A DNA stretch of 64,000 nucleotides from Candidatus Sulfomarinibacter sp. (GTDB lineage: Bacteria > Acidobacteriota > Thermoanaerobaculia > Thermoanaerobaculales > Sulfomarinibacteraceae), in the NCBI GenBank assembly GCA_041560205.1, contig JBFFBV010000003.1, positions 2,211-66,210 on the forward strand, in the 5' to 3' direction. The notes below the pieces were generated by a model. The model was not told where the DNA came from, did no database searches, and worked only from the letters and a program-made list of their open reading frames with translations. Made by a program: the position numbers and the translations under genes. Positions within the stretch are counted from its first letter, which is position 1. Each line of letters opens with the position of its first letter. Shown in pieces: positions 50,611 to 61,883 of the stretch.

Positions 50611-50733
50611 CTGTCATCCCGACCGAGGTCCGCCACGGCCCGAGTGGAAGGATCTGTAAGTCACTGGCATCCCTCGTCTGTCCAGGCCATCCCCACAGAT
50701 CCCTCCGCTCGCGACGCTCGGGCGGGATGACAG
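50611..50733. repeat. 123-bp palindromic (MITE/REP-like) element
   Basis: Perfect 11-bp terminal inverted repeat CTGTCATCCCG / CGGGATGACAG. The two halves are inverted copies of about CTGTCATCCCG.CCGAG...GGA.GGATCTGT. Intergenic, between yraN and the RND gene. Confidence 0.65.
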
Positions 50734-50756
50734 GGTTGAAAAGTGCGGCGCGATAT

Positions 50757-53700
50757 TCAACCCTCCGCTGTGGTGACCTGTCGGCTGACCCTGACGTCCT
50801 CGCCTGCAGTGCCAAACAGTTCCTTGAGGTCCTCCAGGATCCGATACAGCACCGGCACCAGGATCAGCGTGATCGCGGTCGCGAAGACGATGCCGTAGCC
50901 GAGGCTGACGGCCATCGGGATCAGAAAGCGCGCCTGCATGCTAGTCTCGAAGATCATCGGCGTGAGACCGAGGAAGGTGGTCGCGGTGGTCAGCATGATC
51001 GGCCGGAAGCGACGCACGCCGGCCTCGGTGATCGCCAGATCGACCGAGCTTCCGCCCTCCCGCATCCGGTTGACGAGGTCGACCAGGATCAGGGAGTCGT
51101 TGACCACCACCCCGGTCAGGGCGACCATCCCGAACATCGACAACATGGTCAGGTCGAGGCCCATGATCAGATGCCCGAAGACCGCGCCGACGAGTCCGAA
51201 GGGGATCGCCGACATGATGATCAACGGCTGAGAGTACGACCGGAACGGAATCGCCAGCAGGGCGAAGATCGCCAGCTGGGCGACGAGGAAGTTGAGGCGG
51301 AGGCTGCCCAGGCTCTCGCTCTGCTCGCGCTGCTCACCCTCGAAGTCGTAGGCGAGGCCCGGAAAATCATGCACGAGCTGCGGCAGCACGGTCGATCGGA
51401 GGTCGCGATTGATCTCGTTCGCGTTGGCCTGCGCTTCCTCGACATCGGCGGTGACGGTCACCACCCGCCGACGGTCGGTGCGGTTGATGACCGCGTAGCC
51501 GCGGCCCTCTTCGACGGTGGCGACGGTGGGGAACGGGACCTCGCTGCCGTCGGGCAGCCGCACCCGCATGCGCTCGATATCTCCCAGCGACCGCCGCTGC
51601 TCCTCTGGATACCGCACCATCACGCGGATATCGTCGCGGCCCCGCTGAATTCGCTGCACCTCCTGGCCATAGAATCCGGCCCGGACTTGCCTGGCGAGGT
51701 CGGCGAGCGTCAAGCCCGCGGCGCGGCCCTCGGCGGTCAGCGAAAGCCTGAGCTCCTTCTTGCCGGGCAGGAACGAATCGGCGACGTCCTTGGTGCCGGG
51801 GTAGGTGGCGATGATGCCCTTGAGCCGTTCGACCGCGGCCAAGAGAGTGTTGAAATCTCGGTGGGCGAGTTGCACGCTGATCGCGTCGCCGGCAGAGAAC
51901 AGGTTGGACTGGAAGGTCAGCGACACCGCCCCGGGCACCTCGCCGACGAGTTGCCGCCAACGGCTGACCAGATCCGCGGAGCCGATGGTGCGATCCTCCG
52001 CGCCCAGCAACTCGACGTTGACCTCGCCGAGGTTTGACGAATCGCCGCCCGAGACCGCGGGACCCATCGGCCCTCTGCGACGCAGCGACGGTTGCTGACC
52101 GATGGTCGTGGAGATGTGGCGCACCACCGATGGCGCGCGCTCCGGCTGTTGCTCGTCGTACTCGCGTGCGATCTGTTTGGCGGCGGCTTCGATGCGAGCG
52201 AGTGCGGCCTCGGTCGCCTCGGCCGGCGTTCCCTGCGGCATCGTCAGTGCGGCGATCATGTTGTCGGCATCGACCCGCGGCATCAGGCTGAACTTGAGGA
52301 AGCCTCCGATGACCAGTGACAGGCTGACGAAGAGGAAGACGAGCGCCAGGGCCACAGTCAGGTAACGCCACTCGAGGGCGAAACGAAGCGACGCCTTGTA
52401 CGGGACGTTGATCCACCATTGAAGCCCCTGCTGGACGAGCTTCTGCGCTCGTTCGATCGGCGCCATCACACTGCGGGGTATGCGCTGGAACAGAGATTTC
52501 TCGCCGGACAGGTGGGCGGGAAGGATGAGCAGGGCTTCGACCAGCGACATCAGCAGCACCGCGATCACCACGATCGGGATCTGGCGCATGATCTTGCCCA
52601 TGGTTCCCGACACGAAGAGAAGCGGGGCGAACGCGGCGACCGTGGTGATGATGGCGAAGGTCACCGGCATCGCCATCTCTCGGACGCCGATGATGGCGGC
52701 GTCGAGCGCTTTCATCCCCGCCTCGAGATAGTTGAAGATGTTCTCTCCGACGACGATCGCGTCGTCGACGACGATGCCGAGGACGACGATGAAGGCGAAG
52801 AGCGAGATCATGTTGATGGTGACGTCGAAGTAGGGCATCAACCACAGGCCGCCGAGGAAGGAGATCAGCATCCCCATGGTGGTCCAGACGGCGAGTCGCA
52901 GGTCGAGGAAGAGCGCGAGGCACGCGAACACCAGCAGCAGGCCCAACCGGGCGTTGCGCAGCAGCAGGCCGATGCGCTGCTTCAGGATGATCGAATCATC
53001 GTCCCAGGTGTCCACCGAAACGCCAGCCGGGAGCCGAGGTTCGAGCTCTTCGATGTAATCCTTGGTCGCGCTGGCGACTGCCAATGCGCCCTCCTTGCCG
53101 ACTCGATAGACCTGGATCAGGGCCGCGCGGCGGCCGTCGAAACGGGTCGTCGTGTCGGTGTCTTCGAAACCGTCGATGACGGTCGCGACATCCGAGAGCG
53201 TGACCCGTGTGCCGTCGGGCCGGGTGACGACGACGATGCCCTCGAACTCGCGGCCGCGGTAGAGCTGTCCCTTGGTCCTGAGGAGGATTTCGCCACCGAG
53301 GGTCTTGACCGCACCTCCGGGGAGATCGAGCGAGGAGGCTCCCACCGCGTTCGCCACCTGGTCGAAGCTGAGCCCGTAGCGGCGCAGCGCTTCCTCCGAG
53401 ACCTCGATCGAGATTTCGTAGTTTCGTACCCCAGCCGTCTCGACCTGGGAGATACCCTCGATCGCGGTCAGCTCGTCACGCACCCGCTCGGAAAGCGTCT
53501 TCAAGGTCTTTTCCGAAGCTCGACCGTGGAGCACGATCGAGATCACGCGACGGCGGGTCTCCCCTTCCGCCACCACCGGTTTTTCGGTCTCCGCGGGAAA
53601 GGTCTCGATGCGATCGACAGCCGCTTTGACCTCGTCGAGCACCTTGCGGTTGTCGGCGTCCTCGTCGAGCTCCACCGTCACGGTTCCCAGGTTCTCCGCG

Positions 53701-53966
53701 GCAGTCGAGCGGATCCGTTTGATGCCTTCGATCGACGCGATCGCCTCCTCGACGCGCACGCACACACCCTCTTCGGCCTCGGCCGGCGACGCGCCCCTGT
53801 ACGGCACACGGATCGTGATGATGTCGGTTTCGAGCTCCGGGAAGACCTCGATGACGACGCTCATCAACGACAGCGCACCGGCGACCAGGATGAAGATCAT
53901 CAGAATGTTGGCCGCCACGTGATTACCGGCAAACCAGGCGAGCGGTCCGCGACGACCGTCCCTCAT
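50757..53966 (-). CDS. RND efflux transporter permease (AcrB/CzcA superfamily)
   Basis: 1069 aa. N-terminus FAGNHVAANILMIFILVAG. Duplicated 6-TM plus large periplasmic loop architecture. Confidence 0.93.
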   Translation of the reverse strand: MRDGRRGPLAWFAGNHVAANILMIFILVAGALSLMSVVIEVFPELETDIITIRVPYRGASPAEAEEGVCVRVEEAIASIEGIKRIRSTAAENLGTVTVELDEDADNRKVLDEVKAAVDRIETFPAETEKPVVAEGETRRRVISIVLHGRASEKTLKTLSERVRDELTAIEGISQVETAGVRNYEISIEVSEEALRRYGLSFDQVANAVGASSLDLPGGAVKTLGGEILLRTKGQLYRGREFEGIVVVTRPDGTRVTLSDVATVIDGFEDTDTTTRFDGRRAALIQVYRVGKEGALAVASATKDYIEELEPRLPAGVSVDTWDDDSIILKQRIGLLLRNARLGLLLVFACLALFLDLRLAVWTTMGMLISFLGGLWLMPYFDVTINMISLFAFIVVLGIVVDDAIVVGENIFNYLEAGMKALDAAIIGVREMAMPVTFAIITTVAAFAPLLFVSGTMGKIMRQIPIVVIAVLLMSLVEALLILPAHLSGEKSLFQRIPRSVMAPIERAQKLVQQGLQWWINVPYKASLRFALEWRYLTVALALVFLFVSLSLVIGGFLKFSLMPRVDADNMIAALTMPQGTPAEATEAALARIEAAAKQIAREYDEQQPERAPSVVRHISTTIGQQPSLRRRGPMGPAVSGGDSSNLGEVNVELLGAEDRTIGSADLVSRWRQLVGEVPGAVSLTFQSNLFSAGDAISVQLAHRDFNTLLAAVERLKGIIATYPGTKDVADSFLPGKKELRLSLTAEGRAAGLTLADLARQVRAGFYGQEVQRIQRGRDDIRVMVRYPEEQRRSLGDIERMRVRLPDGSEVPFPTVATVEEGRGYAVINRTDRRRVVTVTADVEEAQANANEINRDLRSTVLPQLVHDFPGLAYDFEGEQREQSESLGSLRLNFLVAQLAIFALLAIPFRSYSQPLIIMSAIPFGLVGAVFGHLIMGLDLTMLSMFGMVALTGVVVNDSLILVDLVNRMREGGSSVDLAITEAGVRRFRPIMLTTATTFLGLTPMIFETSMQARFLIPMAVSLGYGIVFATAITLILVPVLYRILEDLKELFGTAGEDVRVSRQVTTAEG

Positions 53967-55195
53967 GCCGAGCCTCCGTCGCCTTCGGTCTCTGGCGCTG
54001 GTGCTTCATCGGGCGATCCTCGGAGAGATCCAGCCTCGGCCTCGGGATCGCCTTCGCTGAGACGCAGGGCCATCCCATCGGTGACCGCGTCCAGTGGCGT
54101 CAGCACGATCAGATCGCCGCTGTCGAGCCCTGATGTGACCAGCGCCGACTCGCGATCGGATCTCGCGACCTGGACATCACGGATGTCCATCGCACCGTCG
54201 CTGAAGACCCAGACCCTGTCGCCCTCATGGACGGCATACCGAGGCACCGCCACCACATCGGCCAGCGTCCGTCCAAAGATCGTGACGTTGACGAAGGTGC
54301 CAGGCAAGAGCGCCGGTCGTTCGCGGTTGGAGTCGTACGGTTTCTCGACCTCCACCACAACGTGCACCATGCGCGACGTCTGGTCGACCTCTGCTTCCAT
54401 CCGCTTGACCCGACCCTTCCACGTGAAGCTCATACCACCAAACTCCGCCGTCACCTCGGCCTCGGGCCCGGAACCGCCAGCGCGAGTCGGGACACTGAAC
54501 CACGCCATCTCGCGGCTGTCGAGGGGCACCCTGACTTCAACGGCGTCGGTCCCGTACACTCGCGCCAGGCGTGCGCCCATTGTCACGAATTGACCGACAT
54601 CGATACTTTCACTCACCACGACGCCGTCGAAGGGCAGGGAGATCCTGGTCCGCTCGAGGTTGAGCTCGGTCACCGCGAGGTCTGCCCCGGCAGCCTCGAG
54701 CTCGGCTCGAGCCTGCCGGATCTGCGGCTCGCGCACAACCAGCCCTGAAGGCGGCTCCTCGCCAGGATGCAGCTCATCCCACTCCTGCCTCGCCACCTCG
54801 GCTTCAGCCTCCTCGCGCTGCAGATTGACGCGCGCCCGAGCAACCGCCGCCCGGGCGCGCTCGACAGCGAGCTCGTAGTCACGCGGCTCGATCACGACCA
54901 ACGTCTCCCCGGCCTCGAAGAATCCACCCGCGACCAGTGACTGACTCACGGAGACGACCTTCCCGCCGACCTGGGGAACGATGTCGACCGCGACCTTCGC
55001 TACCACTTCACCGTGACCCGAGACCGCCACCGGGATGTCGGCCGCAGACGCGGTCATCACTTCAACCAGCGGTCCCTGCGGCGGGCTTTCCTGGCGCGGC
55101 GGCGCCTTTCGGGCTGAGGCGATCAACGCGGCAGCAGCCACGCCGGCAAGGAGGACGATGATCGGCACCACCATTTTGAGGACTCTTGGAGACAT
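53963..55195 (-). CDS. RND efflux periplasmic adaptor (membrane fusion protein)
   Basis: ATG at 55195 overlaps the upstream stop (TGATG). N-terminal TM. Coiled-coil hairpin (VARARVNLQREEAEAEVARQ...IRQARAELEAAGADLAVTELNLERT). 4-nt overlap with the RND gene. Confidence 0.88.
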   Translation of the reverse strand: MSPRVLKMVVPIIVLLAGVAAAALIASARKAPPRQESPPQGPLVEVMTASAADIPVAVSGHGEVVAKVAVDIVPQVGGKVVSVSQSLVAGGFFEAGETLVVIEPRDYELAVERARAAVARARVNLQREEAEAEVARQEWDELHPGEEPPSGLVVREPQIRQARAELEAAGADLAVTELNLERTRISLPFDGVVVSESIDVGQFVTMGARLARVYGTDAVEVRVPLDSREMAWFSVPTRAGGSGPEAEVTAEFGGMSFTWKGRVKRMEAEVDQTSRMVHVVVEVEKPYDSNRERPALLPGTFVNVTIFGRTLADVVAVPRYAVHEGDRVWVFSDGAMDIRDVQVARSDRESALVTSGLDSGDLIVLTPLDAVTDGMALRLSEGDPEAEAGSLRGSPDEAPAPETEGDGGSA

Positions 55196-56721
55196 CAGGA
55201 CACCTCTGACAGTTGTGGGTTTTGAGTTTTGATTTTCGATTCGGACTCTTCTGGCTTGGCCTGCGCGACGGTCCCTTCGGCGCTCGCGGCCTGGATCGTA
55301 GCGCCGTCCGTCCCCCAATCGCCGCCCAGCGCGAGGAAGAGATCGATGCGGGAGTTCCACACGTCGCTGGTGGCGTTGATGAACGCTTGCTCCGCGAGTC
55401 GCAGGCGTCGCTCGGTTTCGAGAACCGTCAGCAGGGTGCCGACCCCTCGCTGGTAGCGCTCCTTGGCGAGGCGGTCCGCCGCCCGCGCCTCGGTCACCCG
55501 TTGGTTTGAAAATTCATAGTTCTCGCGCGAGGATGCGTTCAGAACCAATGCCTCTTCGACCTCCCGAAGCGCATTCAGGACCGCTCCCGCGTAGACCGCC
55601 CCAGCTTGTTCGGCGCGGGCCTCCGCCGCATCGACATCCGCCCGGCGTTGGCCACCCGTAAAGAGCGGACCGATCAGGTTCGCGACTGCGTTGTAGACCA
55701 GACCGTCCGAGATCGTCAGATCGTTCAGCTTGTCGGAGGAAGCTCCCACCGAACCGGTCAGGCTGAGGTCCGGGTAGAGACTCGCCATCGCTGCGCCGAC
55801 GCCGTAGGTCGCGGCAGCGAGCCGCATCTCCGCCTGACGAAGGTCAGGCCGGCGATCGAGCAGCTCGGCCGGCAGGCCGAGCGGCACCGGTTCGAGCGAC
55901 GGCAGCTGGGCCAGGGAGTCTGGCAGGGCCTCTCCGCTGCCCGGACGGCGGCCGACCAGGACGTCCAGCGCCAGCCGGGCCTGCTCCAGGGCGCCGGCGA
56001 TGACCGCTTCCGAGGCGCGAGCCGATGAGTAGTTTTCCCGCGCGAGATAGAGCTCGAGCGCCTCGGCAATGCCGGCGCGATATCGACGCTCGACGGTTCG
56101 CAGGGTCGACTCCCAGCTGGCGGTGATCTGACGATTAATGTCCAGCGCCCACTCGGCCGTCGCCACCAGCACCCGAGCCCGCACCACGCCGGCGACAACC
56201 GAGTGCAGCACGGCCTGTTGCGCAGCTTCCTCCGCCAGCAGGTTCGACCACGCCGACTGTTGTGTTCGCTTCAGCCTTCCGAAGAGGTCAGCCTGCCACG
56301 AGATGTTGAAATCGTATGAGTAGGTGGTGGATTCGATCTGCTGGCGGCCGATATTTGGCAGCACGAAGGAAATCTGCTGTGTCGAGCCATCCACGCCATA
56401 GCCCAACTGAGGCAATCGGGCACCGCCCGCGCGGCGGAGTGCGGCTTCCGCTTCCATGACTCGTGCCGCCGCCGCCCGGAGGTCAGGGTTGTTCTCGAGG
56501 GCGAGCTCCACGAGTTCGGTGGTCTTGACATCTCCAAACTCTCGCCACCACGGCGTCACCTCCGGCAGCTCAGCGTCACTCTGGTGTGCGGCATATTTCC
56601 ATGAATCGGAGACGTCGGCCGCGGAGTTCGGGCGCTCCGGCTCGGGTCCGAGTGTGCAGCCGACCGTGAGCGCCAGCGCGGCGGACATGGTGATCATGAA
56701 AGAGGTTCGTCGATCAATCAT
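55195..56721 (-). CDS. Outer-membrane efflux lipoprotein (TolC/NodT family)
   Basis: ATG at 56721. Lipobox LALTVGC. Two OEP repeats. The first 227 codons of ORF 55195..57402 overlap tetR and are rejected. Confidence 0.88.
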   Translation of the reverse strand: MIDRRTSFMITMSAALALTVGCTLGPEPERPNSAADVSDSWKYAAHQSDAELPEVTPWWREFGDVKTTELVELALENNPDLRAAAARVMEAEAALRRAGGARLPQLGYGVDGSTQQISFVLPNIGRQQIESTTYSYDFNISWQADLFGRLKRTQQSAWSNLLAEEAAQQAVLHSVVAGVVRARVLVATAEWALDINRQITASWESTLRTVERRYRAGIAEALELYLARENYSSARASEAVIAGALEQARLALDVLVGRRPGSGEALPDSLAQLPSLEPVPLGLPAELLDRRPDLRQAEMRLAAATYGVGAAMASLYPDLSLTGSVGASSDKLNDLTISDGLVYNAVANLIGPLFTGGQRRADVDAAEARAEQAGAVYAGAVLNALREVEEALVLNASSRENYEFSNQRVTEARAADRLAKERYQRGVGTLLTVLETERRLRLAEQAFINATSDVWNSRIDLFLALGGDWGTDGATIQAASAEGTVAQAKPEESESKIKTQNPQLSEVS

Positions 56722-57425
56722 GGTCCGACCTCCGATGTGATGCTCTCGTCCGAGGCCTCGGCTGGCACCCGTGCACAGGCATGGATACCTCCCGCGGCAA
56801 AACGCACGAAATGGGGAATATATTCGGCAGGGCCGGTCGGAATGACATGGGACCGGTCCCGCGAGGCAAACAGGTGGTGTGCCCTGAGGGCGTGCAGTAA
56901 CTGGCCGACCATGGCCATGATGCACAGCCGGGCATCCGTGGCTTCGAGCCGCGGACCGGAGGCTTCGAGCGCAACCAGAGATTTCTCGAGGATCGGATGG
57001 ATGAACTCCGAGAGGAACACATCGCGCGGGAGTCGCGGATCGAACATCTCCCGCGACACCAGGGCCATGAAATGGCGGCCCCGGCCTGCATCTACCAACG
57101 GGTCGATGAAACCTTCGGCGAAAGAGCGCAGGAACTCCTCGAGCGTCGGCGCCGGCGTGCGCTGGATGAGCTCGTCGAGCACCGACAGCCTCTGCCTGCG
57201 CAGTTCCTGCAGCATCGACCGGAAGGTTTCGAGGTACAGCTTGTCTTTTCCGCCGAAGTGGTAGTTGACCGAAGCCACGTTGCATTCGGCCTCGGTCGTG
57301 ATATCCCGCACCGACGTCGCGTCGAAACCTCTCTCGGCAAACAGCTTCTGGGCCGCCAGGAGGATCCGATCTCGGGTGTCCTCGCACTCTCGTGTCTTGC
57401 ATTCATGGGTGACCCGTCCGTTCAT
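56718..57425 (-). CDS. TetR/AcrR-family transcriptional regulator
   Basis: ATG at 57425 follows GGGAG. HTH ILLAAQKLFAERGFDATSVRDITTEAECNVASVNYHFGGKDKLY. ATGA overlap with the OMF gene. Confidence 0.9.
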   Translation of the reverse strand: MNGRVTHECKTRECEDTRDRILLAAQKLFAERGFDATSVRDITTEAECNVASVNYHFGGKDKLYLETFRSMLQELRRQRLSVLDELIQRTPAPTLEEFLRSFAEGFIDPLVDAGRGRHFMALVSREMFDPRLPRDVFLSEFIHPILEKSLVALEASGPRLEATDARLCIMAMVGQLLHALRAHHLFASRDRSHVIPTGPAEYIPHFVRFAAGGIHACARVPAEASDESITSEVGP

Positions 57426-57441
57426 TGAGACTCCCAACAAA

Positions 57442-57483
57442 TGTTTCAAACAAAAATATTAAACAGATGTTTTAATTTGTCAA
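57442..57483 (-). promoter_or_regulatory. Sigma-70-like promoter plus two AAACA/TGTTT palindromes (candidate TetR operators) for the tetR-OMF-MFP-RND operon
   Basis: Only strongly AT-rich stretch in the region. On the minus strand: TTGACA (57483-57478), 16-17 nt spacer, TAATAT/AATATT (about 57461-57455). Palindromes AAACA-GA-TGTTT (57461-57472) and TGTTT-C-AAACA (57442-57452) overlap the spacer and the leader. Confidence 0.55.
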
Positions 57484-57801
57484 GGTTGTGATGGCACTTC
57501 TGGCATCAACGCGACCTTCTCCCAACTCGATTCCGGAGAGTGCCACCGCTGACGATGTTTGGCCTCGGCAGGAAGGCCTTGTGGAATGGACTCTCGCCAA
57601 AATCGTCACCAGTGGCACGTACGGTAGCGCGCCCATTCGACCGATGATTCGGCGCGCTGCAAGTGCATTGGCAGAACAGCCCGTTGACCGGAGGTGCCTG
57701 GCTCCCTCCGTGACGATGTCCTCATCGTCACGGAGGCGTGCCTGGCATCCTCTCGGCGAGCGCGATCGGAGAAGGTCGCGTAGAATTCGCCGACCCCGCC
57801 C

Positions 57802-59007
57802 ATGAACACTGGGACGGGCACGGGTATCATGCCCGCCATGCACAATGACCTGGCTTCGCGCCGCTGGCTGATCCTCGCCTCGACCGTGCTCAGTTTTCTC
57901 GCCGTCGGCGTGACCTTTTTCGCGGTGCCGGCACTGGCGGCCGAGCTGCTGACACGATTTGGCCTCAGCCACTTCGCGATCGGGGTGCTGATGGGAGCCA
58001 TCGGGGTGCCGGCGATCGTGCTCTCGATTCCTCTCGGGGCGGCGGTCGATCGCTGGCCGGCGCGGGCTGCGGGAAACATCTCGCTCGCCCTGATGCTCGT
58101 CGGCTCGATACTCTTCGCGCTCGCGCCGAGCTACGCGGTACTGCTGGTCGGGCGCATCATCTTCGGCCTCGGTGGCCTGGTCATCAACCTCCTGCTCGCG
58201 AGGCTGGTGACGACCGCCTTTGCCGGACGAGAGCTGTCATTGGCGATGGGCGTGTTCAACGCCGTCTACCCGGCGAGTATGATCATCATGTTCACCCTGC
58301 ACCCGCGACTCCTCGACTGGCTCGGGTGGCGGGGCGAGCTGATGGCACTGGCCTTCGTGGTGCTGGTGGCGATGCCGTTTCACAACATCGCGGTGCCGAG
58401 GAACCTACGCGGCGAAGCCGCAACTGGAGATGTCAGCCGCGAGCGCTGGATCAACCGACCGCTAGCAGGGCTGGCCGTCTCCTGGATGCTGTTTTTCGCC
58501 GCCTACGCCTCGATCTTCACCTTCGCGCCCGAGTGGGCGGGCGGCGGCGCCTCGGCCCTGCTGATCGGCAGCCTGATCGCGTGGGTCGCGATCGTCCTGA
58601 GCCCGGCGGTTGGAACCCTCATCGACCGCACCGGACGCGCGTCTCGATGGCTGCTCGGCGGACAGCTCCTCCTGGCCGCAGTGCTGACGGCCATGGCGAC
58701 GTCGGTCATCCCACCGATCGTGGCGATGCTTCTCATCGGAGTGACCTTCGCGACAGTGTCGACGTCCACATACTCGATGCCGGCGGTGATCGTGCCTCCG
58801 GCGAGAATCGGCTTCGCCTTCGGCTTCATCACCGCCTTTTCGAACCTCGGCAACCTCGTCGGACCGGCCGTGGCGGGAGCGATCCGGGATCGGACCCAGG
58901 GTTGGACTCCGGCGTGGGCGGTTTTCGCCGCCCTGGCCGTCGTCGGCGCCATCGCGGCCCTCTACCTGCCTGTCACAAGAAATCGAGCTGCGGAAGCTTC
59001 GGAATGA
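57802..59007 (+). CDS. MFS transporter
   Basis: 12 hydrophobic segments. GAAVDRWPARAAG is motif-A-like. Start uncertain (57802, 57829 or 57838). Confidence 0.8.
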   Translation: MNTGTGTGIMPAMHNDLASRRWLILASTVLSFLAVGVTFFAVPALAAELLTRFGLSHFAIGVLMGAIGVPAIVLSIPLGAAVDRWPARAAGNISLALMLVGSILFALAPSYAVLLVGRIIFGLGGLVINLLLARLVTTAFAGRELSLAMGVFNAVYPASMIIMFTLHPRLLDWLGWRGELMALAFVVLVAMPFHNIAVPRNLRGEAATGDVSRERWINRPLAGLAVSWMLFFAAYASIFTFAPEWAGGGASALLIGSLIAWVAIVLSPAVGTLIDRTGRASRWLLGGQLLLAAVLTAMATSVIPPIVAMLLIGVTFATVSTSTYSMPAVIVPPARIGFAFGFITAFSNLGNLVGPAVAGAIRDRTQGWTPAWAVFAALAVVGAIAALYLPVTRNRAAEASE

Positions 59008-59803
59008 GGCGCTCTTCGTAGGCGCGTTGGAGAAAGAAACCGACGGCCTTTCTCCCCTTTTCGCCGTAGTCCACGGTCAGCTCGTTGACGTACATCCCGA
59101 CAAACTGGTCCGCCTTGGCCCGGTCGAGCCCGCGGCCGTAGTCGAGCGCGTAGTCGAGCGCCTGGTCGCGGTTTGCGAGCGAGTACTCGATCGACTGCTT
59201 GAGGAGCGCCGCGACTGAAGTGCACATCTCGTCGCCGAGATCGCGTCGGATCACGTTCCCGCCCAGTGGAAGGGGCAAGCCATCGGTCTCCTCTGCCCAC
59301 CAAACGCCCAGGTCGACGATCTTGTGAAAGCCCTCGTCTTCCCAGGTCAACTGGCCTTCGTGGATCACCACCCCAGCATCGACCTCTCCCGAGCTGACCG
59401 CCGGCATGATCTCGTCGAAGGAGCGGGTCACCGTCTGGAGTGCGGGGTTCCACATCTTGAGGGCGAGCGACGCGGAGGTCAGCCGACCCGGAATCGCCAC
59501 CGTGATCGAAGCCAGCTCTTCGGCGTTCACCGGTTCCCGCGCCACCAGGACCGGACCGTAGCCGTCACCCATCGAGGCCCCGGACCCGAGCAACGCGTAC
59601 CTGTCGTCGAGATGCGCGTAGGCGTGGATCGACACCGCGGTCACCTCGTAGGTCCCATCGAAGGCCTCGCGGTTGAGGGTCTCGATGTCGGAGAGCACGT
59701 GCTCGAAGCGCAGCTCGCCGGTGTCGATCAGCCCCTTGGCCAGCGCATAGAACATGAACGCGTCATCCGAATCCGGCGAGTGCGCAACGCGAATTGTCGT
59801 CAT
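58973..59803 (-). CDS. MqnA/MqnD-family (futalosine-pathway menaquinone biosynthesis, SBP-fold) protein
   Basis: ATG at 59803 (MTTIRVAHSPDSDDAFMFYAL). Periplasmic-binding-protein-like fold pattern. The 3' end overlaps the convergent MFS gene by 35 nt. Confidence 0.72.
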   Translation of the reverse strand: MTTIRVAHSPDSDDAFMFYALAKGLIDTGELRFEHVLSDIETLNREAFDGTYEVTAVSIHAYAHLDDRYALLGSGASMGDGYGPVLVAREPVNAEELASITVAIPGRLTSASLALKMWNPALQTVTRSFDEIMPAVSSGEVDAGVVIHEGQLTWEDEGFHKIVDLGVWWAEETDGLPLPLGGNVIRRDLGDEMCTSVAALLKQSIEYSLANRDQALDYALDYGRGLDRAKADQFVGMYVNELTVDYGEKGRKAVGFFLQRAYEERLIPKLPQLDFL

Positions 59804-59853
59804 TGATCCTCCAGAGCCCCTCAGGGGAGTCGGCATTCTAGCGCAGCGCAGAT

Positions 59854-59959
59854 GGTTGAGGGTTCAGAGTTAAGGGTCAAGGGTCAAGGGTTGAGAAGTG
59901 AGCTGGAGCGTTGCATCATCTCCCGTCGAAACCATGTTTCCCGATCTCGTCTTAACTCT

Positions 59960-59977
<18 letters not shown>
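59854..59977. repeat. Heptad-stutter hairpin element (TCAAGGG / CTCTTTAC subfamily)
   Basis: Left arm GGTTGAGGGTTCAGAGTTAAGGGTCAAGGGTCAAGGGTTGAGAAGTGAGC. Right arm CTTAACTCTTTACTGCTCACTCTTGAC. The right arm covers the last 6 codons and the stop of pgi. Confidence 0.75.
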
Positions 59978-61675
<1,698 letters not shown>

Positions 61676-61751
61676 CGTTCCTCCCAGTTGGAACATGACG
61701 AGGATATCTTCGATCGAGAAGTACGGCTACAGCAGAGCCGCCCCGTGTCCT

Positions 61752-61880
61752 AAGGTCCTGGGGTCCTGGGGTCTTGCGGGCTTGGGGTCCCGGGGTCTTG
61801 GTGATCCTGGCTGTTACGGTCTCATGGCCTCATGACCTCACGACCTCATGACCTCAAGACCTGGGTGGGAGGGTGGGTGG
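61752..61880. repeat. Heptad-stutter hairpin element (GGGGTCC / TGACCTC subfamily)
   Basis: Left arm AAGGTCCTGGGGTCCTGGGGTCTTGCGGGCTTGGGGTCCCGGGGTCTTGG. Right arm CTCATGGCCTCATGACCTCACGACCTCATGACCTCAAGACCTGG. Ends 4 nt from the stop of the glutamate-cysteine-ligase-like gene. Confidence 0.75.
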
Positions 61881-61883
61881 AAA

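Noticed and set aside
55195-57402. The full 735-aa ORF taken as the outer-membrane factor.
   Set aside because: The first 227 codons overlap the tetR gene in another frame and are Arg/Pro-rich. An internal ATG at 56721 gives a lipoprotein signal (LALTVGC) and an ATGA overlap with the tetR stop.
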